Of a stretch of DNA of 64,000 bases, positions 1-9,626 are shown in pieces (the stretch's first letter is position 1; every line of letters starts with the position of its first letter). The stretch comes from a virus: the IMG/VR virus record IMGVR_UViG_3300014613_000020, positions 1-64,000 of that record; one strand, written 5' to 3'. A model generated the notes under the pieces. The model saw only the letters and a list, made by a program, of their open reading frames with translations. It made no database searches and was not told where the DNA came from. The translations under genes and the position numbers were made by a program.

Positions 1-68
1 ACACAGGACACAATCGACCAGGCGTATGATAGAATCGAATCATTGACTGATTACAGGAGGAAAGCATA

Positions 69-347
69 ATGACTAACGTTTTTAAGGCAGAGATAACATA
101 TGAGGCCGTCCGACCTTTCAAATACACTGCGGACGTAAAATTTAATAGGGGAGATCCTATATTGTTTATCGGACTCCCAAATGATGACAAGCTAATTAGT
201 ACGGGTTTGGTACGGCCTCATATAACCTATTTCTGTCGTCAACCGCGCTGTGCTCAGAGCTTTACAAGCATATCTGAGTTGATGCGGCATGAGAACGATG
301 AAGAGCTACACAAAAGAGCAAAGCCAAAAGTAATACCAGAAGAGTAA
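69..347 (+). CDS. hypothetical protein with C2H2-like zinc finger
   Basis: ORF track; CxxxxC...HxxxxxxH (CRQPRC..SELMRHENDEELH); AGGAGG upstream. Confidence 0.5.
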   Translation: MTNVFKAEITYEAVRPFKYTADVKFNRGDPILFIGLPNDDKLISTGLVRPHITYFCRQPRCAQSFTSISELMRHENDEELHKRAKPKVIPEE

Positions 348-496
348 CATCTATGTCCGGTCTCTACCTCTGGCCGGGACTGAAACTATACTAGGAGGAT
401 TTATATGGCAGGAACATTAATATTGGCTCTCAAAAGGCAGGATGTCATACCTGTTCCTTTGGTGGGCCATTTTATTTATAGAGTACGGGGGTAGTT

Positions 497-1075
497 ATGG
501 CAACAGGAGAATCTTCACCTAGACGACAGGGTGCGACGGGAGCGGACACCACGGCGTCTGCCATAGCACCTCTATTAGTGGGTGGTATATATAGGTCAAC
601 ACCTTCGGCGGTGTCCGCTACGAGTGATGCTACTTTTATGGTTACGGATAGTTATGGCCGTCAAGAAGTCACTCTCGGAAGGTTTGGCAATAGTGGATAT
701 GGGACAACGGAAACGGGGACGGCGTTCGCAAGCAGGAGTCGAACGTCGAGCTCCACAAGTGGGGATTATACCAATTACAGCAGTAAGGGTGTTACTGTTT
801 ATTGGGACATTTCTGTTATATCAGGTTCTGAGACTGTAACTTTGTATGTTAGAACCAAAGACCCAATAAGCGGAAGTTATAGAAATTTGATTGCGTCAGC
901 ATGTTTGACAACAGCTTCATCTTATACCTATATGATTTATCCAAATATTGCTGCTGGTGCAGAAGGCATAACTGAGACCATTGGTTATCCTTTGCCAAGG
1001 ATATGGGATATGAATGTTGTTCATGATAGCGGAAGCCCATTCACGTACAGTGTAGCATATTGTTATCTACCTTGA
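497..1075 (+). CDS. putative virion structural/decoration protein (Ser/Thr-rich)
   Basis: ORF track; composition and position in virion module. Confidence 0.5.
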   Translation: MATGESSPRRQGATGADTTASAIAPLLVGGIYRSTPSAVSATSDATFMVTDSYGRQEVTLGRFGNSGYGTTETGTAFASRSRTSSSTSGDYTNYSSKGVTVYWDISVISGSETVTLYVRTKDPISGSYRNLIASACLTTASSYTYMIYPNIAAGAEGITETIGYPLPRIWDMNVVHDSGSPFTYSVAYCYLP

Positions 1076-1161
1076 TCAAGCGCGCTTGTCTATTAGTAGG
1101 AATCTTTTTGTTGACATTATCAATGTCTACCTAATCAAATGTATAGAAAAAAGAGGAAAAC

Positions 1162-1413
1162 ATGTCTTGGAATCAGGAAACTATCAAAACAGCAACAACC
1201 ATCGGGCGGATAGAGCTACAACTCGTCGATCCGTCTGATGACCCATCCGAACGTAGGGGACTGTATCATGTCGAAATCCTAGACCAGACTGGTGCACGGA
1301 TGGATCGTCGAAGTGGGGACCTAGTCCCCTACCTCTCTGCTGCCCAAATTTCTGCACTGCAGAACTTCTTGGATTGGACGCGGGCGAAGGCGGTCGCTGA
1401 GATTCTACCGTAA
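1162..1413 (+). CDS. hypothetical phage protein
   Basis: ORF with GAGGA RBS. Confidence 0.55.
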   Translation: MSWNQETIKTATTIGRIELQLVDPSDDPSERRGLYHVEILDQTGARMDRRSGDLVPYLSAAQISALQNFLDWTRAKAVAEILP

Positions 1414-1598
1414 TGAGGAGGGATAGCGATAGTACAGTGACTTTTGTGGAATGTAGCATAGTGACTTGGTTTTGCACAAAAGTTGGATGCCCTTGATTGG
1501 TAGTACTCAAATAAAAACACAGAACTTTTATTCCCCACTATTCTCATCGAATATCTGTTGGCAGATGAATGGGGAAAAGAGATGTTTAGGAGACTAGC

Positions 1599-1934
1599 AT
1601 GGCAACATATGAGGAACTACGAGCATTGTTTGGAGTAGGAGAACTGCGGGCTAAAGTCGAGGTTGCAGTCGTTGTAGCAGCGCAGACGATTATCAGCGGT
1701 GCTGACACTGTAGCACCCTTCGACCAGACTGCTGGCGCTCATGAGCTACGGGCGAAATGGGCCAATGCTGCGCTGGACTCTAGCGAGTCAGAGTCGGCGC
1801 GCCTTTGGAAGTATGCGCTGGCGGCAAACCGGGCCGCAGCCGTGGCGGATATTCGTAATGCCACCGACAGCACTATTCAGGACAATGTGAATGGCGCTGT
1901 CAATGCGATAGCTACTGCTATCTACGGGGTGTAG
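1599..1934 (+). CDS. hypothetical virion-associated protein
   Basis: ORF with AGGAG RBS, operon packing. Confidence 0.55.
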   Translation: MATYEELRALFGVGELRAKVEVAVVVAAQTIISGADTVAPFDQTAGAHELRAKWANAALDSSESESARLWKYALAANRAAAVADIRNATDSTIQDNVNGAVNAIATAIYGV

Positions 1935-1937
1935 GCG

Positions 1938-2549
1938 ATGGGATCAATAACAGTTGCCAAGACACCAGAGGCGCTACAGGACTGGACAGCAGTCGCACAG
2001 AATACCATCGTTCATTCGGCTATACTAGATGTGTCCGATCTGTTCCAAGCGGAACTGTGCCTCCAAGCGTTTCTCGACACCACAACAGCGCACACGGGGA
2101 CTAAGTTCATCGTCCAGACGTCTAGCGCTGCATCGGGCGATGAGGATTGGCATGATTTGACACCCTTCTCGGCGCTTGTTGGCACTGCGGCCACTGACCT
2201 GATCGAGGACAATCCCCTGGCGGCAGCTGCGACCAGCATTGCCTTGACAGGGCATGCCTTGACGGTGCTGGGTAAATGGCTGGCCATCGAGGATGGGACG
2301 TTGATTAACTCAGAACTGGTATTTGAGAGTGCACAGTCGGCTAATGCTGTGGTGATCCTAGACGGGACGACGAATGAGCACGCACTGAACACGGCTGTCT
2401 TCAACGTGGCAATATCAAAATCCCCAATCACTCTACCTGCTGGAACCATCAGGGCACGGGTGGTGGTGGACAACAGCTACGATGCCGATGGTAGCACCTT
2501 GAATTACAAAGTGCGGGTGACACCCGTACAAGCTTACACGACTGCATAG
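1938..2549 (+). CDS. hypothetical virion-associated protein
   Basis: ORF, 3-nt gaps to both neighbours. Confidence 0.55.
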   Translation: MGSITVAKTPEALQDWTAVAQNTIVHSAILDVSDLFQAELCLQAFLDTTTAHTGTKFIVQTSSAASGDEDWHDLTPFSALVGTAATDLIEDNPLAAAATSIALTGHALTVLGKWLAIEDGTLINSELVFESAQSANAVVILDGTTNEHALNTAVFNVAISKSPITLPAGTIRARVVVDNSYDADGSTLNYKVRVTPVQAYTTA

Positions 2550-2552
2550 GCT

Positions 2553-3377
2553 ATGACCATCCACTGGGGCAGACAGAAGCCGTTTCTAGGCTCACAGATA
2601 AACCTTGCACACCCACTGGCGCAGAGGCTGGTAGCCCTCTACCTGATGAATGAGGCTAGTGGCAATACCATCACTAATTTGGTAGATGGTAGTATAGGCA
2701 CTTTAACAGGAATGGCCTTCCCTCCCACGGCTACGAGTGGGTGGAATCCGGGGGAGAATGGGCCTGCGCTGGCGTTTGATGGGACGGATGATTGTATTCC
2801 TATAGGGATAAGTACTGTTACTGGAGCTCCTTGTACTATTTGTGTAAATGTAAGTCTGGCGTCAACTCAAGACGGCAGAATAGCTGGATTGTATGTTGGT
2901 GGGCAGACCAGGGTAATGGGACTGGGTGCGCAGGAAGACGCCTTAGACGGCTATATACATAAATTCTATATACAGCATTATGACGGTAGCCAAGCTTTAG
3001 CTCGGGACACGGATGAAGTTGTCCTTGGTAAGATTTATCAAGTTGTCGGGGTGTTTGAGTCTAATAGTCTCAGATTATTATATGTAGATGGTAGGCTAAG
3101 AGCAACAGAAACAACATCGCAAGGCTCGATAGGTACGATAGACAAATTTACTTTAGGCCGTAGCGAATTTGCAACACCGGGGCAGTATATGGATGGCACA
3201 GTAGAGAACGCTTTTCTCTACAACCGTGCCCTCACCGCCTCCGAGATAATGGAGCTCTACCTCGCGCCCTGCTCCATGTTCGACATCGAGTTGTGGCCGT
3301 GGCTGTCGGCGGCAGTGGCAGCGGGGCTGTCGATACCAGTGGCAATGAGATATTATAGAAACATGAGGATTAGGTAA
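2553..3377 (+). CDS. LamG/concanavalin A-like lectin domain protein
   Basis: ALAFDGTDD, LYVDG and YNRALTASEI motifs typical of LamG jelly-roll. Confidence 0.8.
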   Translation: MTIHWGRQKPFLGSQINLAHPLAQRLVALYLMNEASGNTITNLVDGSIGTLTGMAFPPTATSGWNPGENGPALAFDGTDDCIPIGISTVTGAPCTICVNVSLASTQDGRIAGLYVGGQTRVMGLGAQEDALDGYIHKFYIQHYDGSQALARDTDEVVLGKIYQVVGVFESNSLRLLYVDGRLRATETTSQGSIGTIDKFTLGRSEFATPGQYMDGTVENAFLYNRALTASEIMELYLAPCSMFDIELWPWLSAAVAAGLSIPVAMRYYRNMRIR

Positions 3378-4552
3378 TGCCAGAATTAAGACAATCAACA
3401 GCGGCATCCTTTCCAGCAGGCCCATTCCTAGATGGGACAAATGGTAGCACACCTGAAACAGGATTAGCTATTAGTGCGTCTGACGTAAGATTATCAAAGA
3501 ATGGTGCTACGATTGCTGCTATGAATAGTTCCACATCTCCTGAGCACATGGCAGCGGGATATTACAAAGTCGAGGTTGATACAACTGACACTGGCACTCT
3601 CGGCACAGCTTATTGGGATATAAACATGTCTGGCGCTCTTCCTGTCTGGGGCAACTTCAGTGTAGTCACAGCTAATTATTGGGATACAAAATATGGTGTG
3701 GACAGATTCCAAAGCGACTTATGGGAAATTGAAGGTGTATCAGTTTCAACTAGTGCCGCTCTACTAGGAATAAATGTTGTAAATTGGGCAGCAACTGTGA
3801 TGGCTGTGGGAAATCTACTATCAGCCTCAGATGTAGTCACAACAGGTCCAATAGCAGCGTCTAATATAAATGGTACAGTTGCAATGTCAACGCTACAAAC
3901 AGCAGCAGCGGCAGTCAGTGCATCTAATCTTCTATCGGCATCTGACTTAATAGCGGCATCCACTATAGTAGATGGTGTATGGGATGAAGATATAATAGCT
4001 GCTCATAATACCGCCAGCACAGCGGGTGCATTGTTAGATGACCTAAATACGCCAGCGACATTCAAGGCGACAGTAACTAATCTTGACGTTGCGGTTTCTA
4101 CTCGTCAAGCGGCTACAGCGGCAGTGAGTGCAAGTGATCTATTAACAGCTTCAACTCTAGTAGATAATATATGGGATGAGGATATTGTTAATGCACACAA
4201 TACTGCCAGTACCGCAGGAGCACTTTTGGATGATCTGAATACACCAGCAAACTTCATGGCCGATGTTACGAGTCTTGCAACAGCAACAGGAATAATCAGT
4301 GGAAGTGATGTATTGAGTGCTAGTAATCTAATAGCTGCATCCACCATAGGTAACGATATATTATCAAGATCAGCCAGTGAAGTGCAGACAACGTCAGCCT
4401 GCCACTCTTTGACAACTCTAATCCTAATGGCTACAGAATCACAGATAAGCGGCAGTGATTGGACAATCTATCGTGTAGATGGAACGACAAACTATCGGAC
4501 AATGTCAGCATCCCTTGATGACTCGGCTAGCGCCATAGTCGGTGTGACGTGA
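3377..4552 (+). CDS. virion protein with internal ~50-aa repeat
   Basis: WDEDIxxAHNTASTAGALLDDLNTPA occurs twice; Ser/Ala/Thr-rich. Confidence 0.6.
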   Translation: MPELRQSTAASFPAGPFLDGTNGSTPETGLAISASDVRLSKNGATIAAMNSSTSPEHMAAGYYKVEVDTTDTGTLGTAYWDINMSGALPVWGNFSVVTANYWDTKYGVDRFQSDLWEIEGVSVSTSAALLGINVVNWAATVMAVGNLLSASDVVTTGPIAASNINGTVAMSTLQTAAAAVSASNLLSASDLIAASTIVDGVWDEDIIAAHNTASTAGALLDDLNTPATFKATVTNLDVAVSTRQAATAAVSASDLLTASTLVDNIWDEDIVNAHNTASTAGALLDDLNTPANFMADVTSLATATGIISGSDVLSASNLIAASTIGNDILSRSASEVQTTSACHSLTTLILMATESQISGSDWTIYRVDGTTNYRTMSASLDDSASAIVGVT

Positions 4553-4749
4553 GTAAGACTAGAGACATAGCATTCTGGGTGCTGAAGTGGCTTCATGCTC
4601 CTGTGGTACCACCAGTAGTAGCCAGTACGGAATTCCTGTTGCTGACGGCAGACATAAGTAGGCAAAAAGCGGTAGTGGCAGAGATGCGGCGGTCTAGTAG
4701 AAGCACAGCGGACATAGCACGATCCAAGATATTGGTACTGGAGAGATAA
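4549..4749 (+). CDS. small hypothetical protein
   Basis: GTGA and TAATG overlaps with neighbours. Confidence 0.45.
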   Translation: MSKTRDIAFWVLKWLHAPVVPPVVASTEFLLLTADISRQKAVVAEMRRSSRSTADIARSKILVLER

Positions 4750-5078
4750 TGGCAACGGAACTTCATCAATATGACACGGGCGCGAGCCTTGTAATTGCAA
4801 TACAAGAAACAAGTATCTCTGGCACTACCGCATCTCTGGACGTATCAAGTGCATCTGGAATATGGTTTTATTACACAAAGCCGGATGAGTCCACAACGGG
4901 ATCGTGGAGTGGCAGTCCGAGAAGTGGCAGTTCCAACCAACTGATATATGTTACCACAGCATCAACTGACTTGGACACGGCAGGAATATGGGAGTTGCAG
5001 GCATATTTTCATCTTGATCCATGGAATGGTAGTACTGAAGCCAAACCATTTGAAGTATTTGCGTCGATGAGGAGTTAG
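4749..5078 (+). CDS. BppU-N-like Ig-fold virion protein
   Basis: KPD...DLDTAGIWELQ pattern of BppU N-terminal-like domains. Confidence 0.6.
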   Translation: MATELHQYDTGASLVIAIQETSISGTTASLDVSSASGIWFYYTKPDESTTGSWSGSPRSGSSNQLIYVTTASTDLDTAGIWELQAYFHLDPWNGSTEAKPFEVFASMRS

Positions 5079-5080
5079 AC

Positions 5081-5608
5081 ATGGCATACGGCAAAGTGTC
5101 AGGTGTTGCGGCAATATGTCCGGATCTTCTAAAGGGGAACAGCAATTTCTCTAGTGAGACAAACCCGACCGATGCTGAGGTGACACTCTTCCTGGCTGAC
5201 GTATCCGCCCAGATGGATGTCGCGTTTGCGAGTATCGGATTTTCAACCCCTGTGTCGGGCACTGCTCTTTTGGCAGCCCTAGATCCTATTTCCGAGTGGG
5301 GAGCTGCCTTGCTTGCCGAGAGTGGTGTTCTTATCGAATCAAGTAGTTGGGATGGTGCTGAGGAGGAGTCCAAGCCCACCCATTGGAAACGCCTTTACGA
5401 CGAGGCTATGGAGAGGCTATTATCATTCAACGGAATGGCGTTGTGGATATTGGGAGCCACCAAGGCCCAGGCGATATCAAGGCTGGCGCATGTAGGTGGG
5501 GTGAGCGAGTCGGAGCGGGACACCTATGAGAGTGAGAGTGACTATATTCAGTCGCGTTTCAAGTCTGGCATGATGGAGTGGCAAAAGACGGATTGGACAA
5601 CGGTATGA
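5081..5608 (+). CDS. putative head-tail adaptor
   Basis: MAY start, helical, YDEAMERL motif; synteny. Confidence 0.55.
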   Translation: MAYGKVSGVAAICPDLLKGNSNFSSETNPTDAEVTLFLADVSAQMDVAFASIGFSTPVSGTALLAALDPISEWGAALLAESGVLIESSSWDGAEEESKPTHWKRLYDEAMERLLSFNGMALWILGATKAQAISRLAHVGGVSESERDTYESESDYIQSRFKSGMMEWQKTDWTTV

Positions 5609-6111
5609 CCATAAAAATCCAGATATACACAGAAGGATTGAAAGAGATTGCTGCTAGATATGGGGAGGTCAAAAATACCGGCATCGTAAAGATTGTTCGC
5701 GGCAGGTTCCAGAGGATGATGCAAGATCTTCGGGACACTGCGAGACAAGAAGTTCCTGGCAGTGGTGGATTAAGTAAATATGTCATATATAGAACGTATA
5801 TGCAACCACAAGGAATACGTGGGGAGATACAAGTAAAATCACCTCCCTCTGGCAGATATCCTTCTAAAATATGGGATTATCTGTTAGATGGCACACGGCC
5901 TCATGAGATTAGAGCAGTTAGAGCAAACGCACTGAGATTCTACTGGCCCAAGGTGGGCAAGGTAGTATTTTTCAAGCGGGTATGGCATCCTGGAACAAAG
6001 CCAAGCAAATTCCATGAGGTGGCCTTGGCAAGATTTGGGAAGATGAGAATAGCAAATGCCGCCCTTCAAATGGCGGAGGACACAGTCGCCTGGTTGGAGA
6101 GAAGGATATGA
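5605..6111 (+). CDS. HK97 gp10-like neck protein
   Basis: GTRPHEIR...VWHPGTKP motif; ATG at 5605 overlaps previous stop. Confidence 0.7.
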   Translation: MTIKIQIYTEGLKEIAARYGEVKNTGIVKIVRGRFQRMMQDLRDTARQEVPGSGGLSKYVIYRTYMQPQGIRGEIQVKSPPSGRYPSKIWDYLLDGTRPHEIRAVRANALRFYWPKVGKVVFFKRVWHPGTKPSKFHEVALARFGKMRIANAALQMAEDTVAWLERRI

Positions 6112-6533
6112 GTTTTACAGGAGTGATTAGCGGTGCATCGGCGGTCCTGACAGCCACAAGCTCGTTTGACGAGGTGAACGTGTCATTCATGGACATGGAC
6201 ATTATCAATACCACGCCATGCCCCTGGAGCTGTGTCATCGTCCCTGGCCCTGTCAGGTCACAGAGAACTTCCTATGGTGGAAATGGTCATGACGTGACAT
6301 GGTCTGTGATACTGGGTGTGTGGCTGCCATACGACTCACAAATGAGCACCTGGCAGGATAACACAAAAGTCATTATACAGGATGTGATTGACGCTATCAC
6401 GGGCTCAGACACGTTGAATGATGCTATAGACCATACTGAAGTAGAGTTGATAGACATTGGAACGGAGACAGTTAAGAAGAGACAGTTCAATCATTTTGTG
6501 TTCATGCTGGAACCTATTGAATATAATGTGTAA
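6108..6533 (+). CDS. putative tail terminator
   Basis: size, acidic composition, position after gp10-like gene. Confidence 0.5.
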   Translation: MSFTGVISGASAVLTATSSFDEVNVSFMDMDIINTTPCPWSCVIVPGPVRSQRTSYGGNGHDVTWSVILGVWLPYDSQMSTWQDNTKVIIQDVIDAITGSDTLNDAIDHTEVELIDIGTETVKKRQFNHFVFMLEPIEYNV

Positions 6534-6606
6534 AGTTTTGTCAAAGTCAATAAACAATGCTAGAACGATATGAATTACTAAGAAAGGGAGGTTAAAAGGG
6601 TCCGCT

Positions 6607-7774
6607 ATGCATATTTTGTTCGTTATAGCGGACTCCTGAAGAGGAGTCCGCGAGAGAGTGGAATTGCAGTGAATGGAGAGCGGCTTTGCCCATGAGAGCG
6701 ATAAATGCAACAGAAGGACATACTGCCACGGGGTTATGGTTTGAGAAGTTCGGACAGTTTGAGGACCCGGCAGTACAGGATGCTGTAATGCCGGCTGACC
6801 TTATCATATTCCAACGCAACCTATTTGCGGAACCGATGTTTAGTGCGGTGGAGTACTTCCAAGGGTTGGGGAAACCAGTGATATTGGATTTGGATGATGC
6901 CTATCCGATTCTACCGTGGAGCAATCCGGCGCACTTGTTCTGGATACAAAACGCCCGCAACCTAAATCCACCACCGCTAAAAGGATTAGAGATAGGTGTA
7001 CAACTGGTTGACGCAGTGTCATCTCCAAGTAAAGTCATCTGTGCGGATTGGGAGCACCTTAACACACCACTCTGGATTCCGAACTTCCCACAGGGTTCAT
7101 GGTATGAAGACCTTCCAGGCAAACCGGAGCAGTTCAACGACAGAATTATCATTGGATGGGGCGGAAGTGTAAGTCACTATGACTCATACTGGTTTAGCGG
7201 TGTGCGAGATGCCCTCGGTAGAATATGTCAGAGACATCCAGAAGTAATATTCAAAGTGTGCGGGAATGATGGGCGAATCTTCTTCCAACTTCCCGTGCAG
7301 GGCATGAGACAGAAAATGTGGCAACGTGGAGTTCCGCCATCGGAATGGCCCAAAATTGTGAGCACATTTGACATTGGTTTGGCTCCACTCGACCTTTTAC
7401 ATCCATATGATGCAAGGCGCAGTTGGATAAAAGGTATAGAATATATACTAGCAGGGGTGCCTTGGGTGTTCAGTGACGGACCACCTTATGCAGAACTAGG
7501 GAAGTTCGGGCACCCTGTCTCAAATACTCCTGAACAGTGGGAAGAGCGAATAGAATATGTGATAGCAAATCTCGACGGGGAGAAAGAGAAGATGAAGGTG
7601 GCAAGGCAAGAAACGCTGGGCCTTACCATGGAAAGAAACGTTGGGTTCTTTGAACAGATGGTTGGGAAGATGGCGGGTCTCAGGGTAGCTAACATGGGGC
7701 TGCCTGGGATTATCAACGTCACTGTTCCCATCAGACCGATAACAGAATTGGAGGGATTGATTCATGTTCAGTGA
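6607..7774 (+). CDS. GT-B (GT4-like) glycosyltransferase; 5' end interrupted by TGA and frame change
   Basis: DLDD, IGWGGS, DIGLAPL, KGIEY motifs; ATG 6607 gives MHILFVIADS* in a different frame from the body EWNCSEWR... Confidence 0.75.
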
Positions 7775-7964
7775 CATAGACAAAGAGATTCATCAGACAT
7801 CATTTGATTTTGTACAAAAGTGGCACAAAAACATTAAACTGACATATGAAGGAGTGGAGGTAGCAGAATGTCTGGAGTACCAATTGACGCAACTAATCAA
7901 TCAGAGAATACTGAGCAGGATATACGGCGACCAGTCATCATCCTCAGTGGAGGCAATTCAGTAA
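7764..7964 (+). CDS. small hypothetical protein overlapping next gene
   Basis: ORF with GGAGG RBS. Confidence 0.4.
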   Translation: MFSDIDKEIHQTSFDFVQKWHKNIKLTYEGVEVAECLEYQLTQLINQRILSRIYGDQSSSSVEAIQ

Positions 7965-9160
7965 AGCCGCTGGCAAAAGGGTTGTCGGAAGCATACGACA
8001 TAGGGATACTCTATCCGCAGATAGCAGAGCCACTAAAGGAAGAAAAACTGCCTGTGTTTGGGATAGACGAGGGTGGTTCGCAGGTCGACCAGGGATTTGG
8101 AGTAAATTGGGCGGCGACAAACATTCCAAAGATCATAGGGAACCTTAACAGTAAACGAGGGATGAGATCGTTGCTTCCAGAGACAGAGATTTTTGGCAGC
8201 CTGTCGGAGGATTTGAAGTCATGGTTCCCTGGGTTTGCCATGAGTGGGTTGTCGCGAATAGTTGCCAGATTGAATGTCTGGACGCGCCTGTGGGAGACTA
8301 GAGACATAAAACTTGTGGTGACACATGAGGATGTGTGTGAGGACACGAGGGCTCTCACTCAGTTCGCGAAGGCACGAGGGACGCCCACGTTGAATGTGCC
8401 ACACTTTAACCACGGAACCATAATAGGCAATCCGCCAGATCTTCATAATAGAGTGATATGTGATTGGATAGCGGTTGCGGGCGAGTATATGAAGGAATGG
8501 TACATGGACCGTGGTGTGGATGAGGGTAGGATACGAGTGACGGGCCACCCACAGTGGGACAGATTCACGACAATGCAGAGAGACAGGCGATGGGCGTGTG
8601 CAATGCTAAAGTTGGACCACAAAAGACCTGTGGTGACATATGCCAGCGATTGGGTGTTGTGGACTACTCTTCTCTACAATCCCAAGCAACCTGAACTTGG
8701 ATGGCAAACGATGCTATCAGCAATGCATGAATTACGCAATGATGGGGTGCAGTTGGTATGCAAGGTTCATCCAAACTCGAGGAATGCGACTGCGGAATGG
8801 CACGCTGCTGTCGCTAGGGACTTGGGGGTGAACTGTCTTGTGACAGCACAGCATGGAGATATCGTTCTACAAGCAACAGATTTAATGGTTAGCAACGGAT
8901 TCTCAAACTACACCACCGAGGCTACGATGCTGGGCAGTCCGGCCATATGGATGGGTGAGGGGTTTGTGGCAGACCCATTAATACCCTCAGTCCCTTATGA
9001 TGCTGAATCACTCTATAATGCAATTAAACTTTCTTTTGCACAAAAGGCTGTATGGGAACGAGATGCCAGGCCAAGGATTCTTGAGAGATACGTAGGGCCA
9101 CATGATGGGCAGGCGACACAGCGGGTAGTGGATTGGTGCAAAGAATTAATATGTGCCTAA
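7868..9160 (+). CDS. GT-B fold transferase (capsule/sialyl- or glycerophosphotransferase-like)
   Basis: VTGHPQWD, KVHP and DGQATQRVVD motifs; start uncertain. Confidence 0.65.
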   Translation: MSGVPIDATNQSENTEQDIRRPVIILSGGNSVKPLAKGLSEAYDIGILYPQIAEPLKEEKLPVFGIDEGGSQVDQGFGVNWAATNIPKIIGNLNSKRGMRSLLPETEIFGSLSEDLKSWFPGFAMSGLSRIVARLNVWTRLWETRDIKLVVTHEDVCEDTRALTQFAKARGTPTLNVPHFNHGTIIGNPPDLHNRVICDWIAVAGEYMKEWYMDRGVDEGRIRVTGHPQWDRFTTMQRDRRWACAMLKLDHKRPVVTYASDWVLWTTLLYNPKQPELGWQTMLSAMHELRNDGVQLVCKVHPNSRNATAEWHAAVARDLGVNCLVTAQHGDIVLQATDLMVSNGFSNYTTEATMLGSPAIWMGEGFVADPLIPSVPYDAESLYNAIKLSFAQKAVWERDARPRILERYVGPHDGQATQRVVDWCKELICA

Positions 9161-9178
9161 TAGGAATTGGAGAACCAT

Positions 9179-9355
9179 ATGGATGTTGTTACCTTAGCCC
9201 AACTTGCTTCGACACTTGGAATACCAGGCGTCGTGGTATTCTGGCTACTATTTAGGACAGATAGGCGGTTGGATATGTTAAACACGACACTAAGAGAATT
9301 TGTAGTAGTACAGACGCGGATAGTCACTATGTTAGAGACAAGATTGGGGAGATAA
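9179..9355 (+). CDS. small membrane protein (YvrJ/holin-like)
   Basis: single TM segment LGIPGVVVFWLLFR followed by coiled coil. Confidence 0.5.
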   Translation: MDVVTLAQLASTLGIPGVVVFWLLFRTDRRLDMLNTTLREFVVVQTRIVTMLETRLGR

Positions 9356-9356
9356 C

Positions 9357-9545
9357 GTGAATGATATTTTGCTAATCAGTATAGGTACGAGCGTCTTATT
9401 GGCAGCTGCAACGATGGCAAAAGTACATTATCAAAACGGTCGAATCCACGAAACCTCTCGACAACTAGATGACTCGATAAACAGACTCAAGCAGATTGAG
9501 CATGAGTTAGAGCAGGAAAACTATGACTTTGATCATGTTTCTTAA
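9357..9545 (+). CDS. small membrane-anchored coiled-coil protein
   Basis: N-terminal hydrophobic helix. Confidence 0.4.
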   Translation: MNDILLISIGTSVLLAAATMAKVHYQNGRIHETSRQLDDSINRLKQIEHELEQENYDFDHVS

Positions 9546-9626
9546 TGGATTTAATTACATCGGATAATGGCTTGGGGCTGCATAAAAGTGTTGATAGGTA
9601 GGAGTAATATATAGAGGTGTAAGTTT

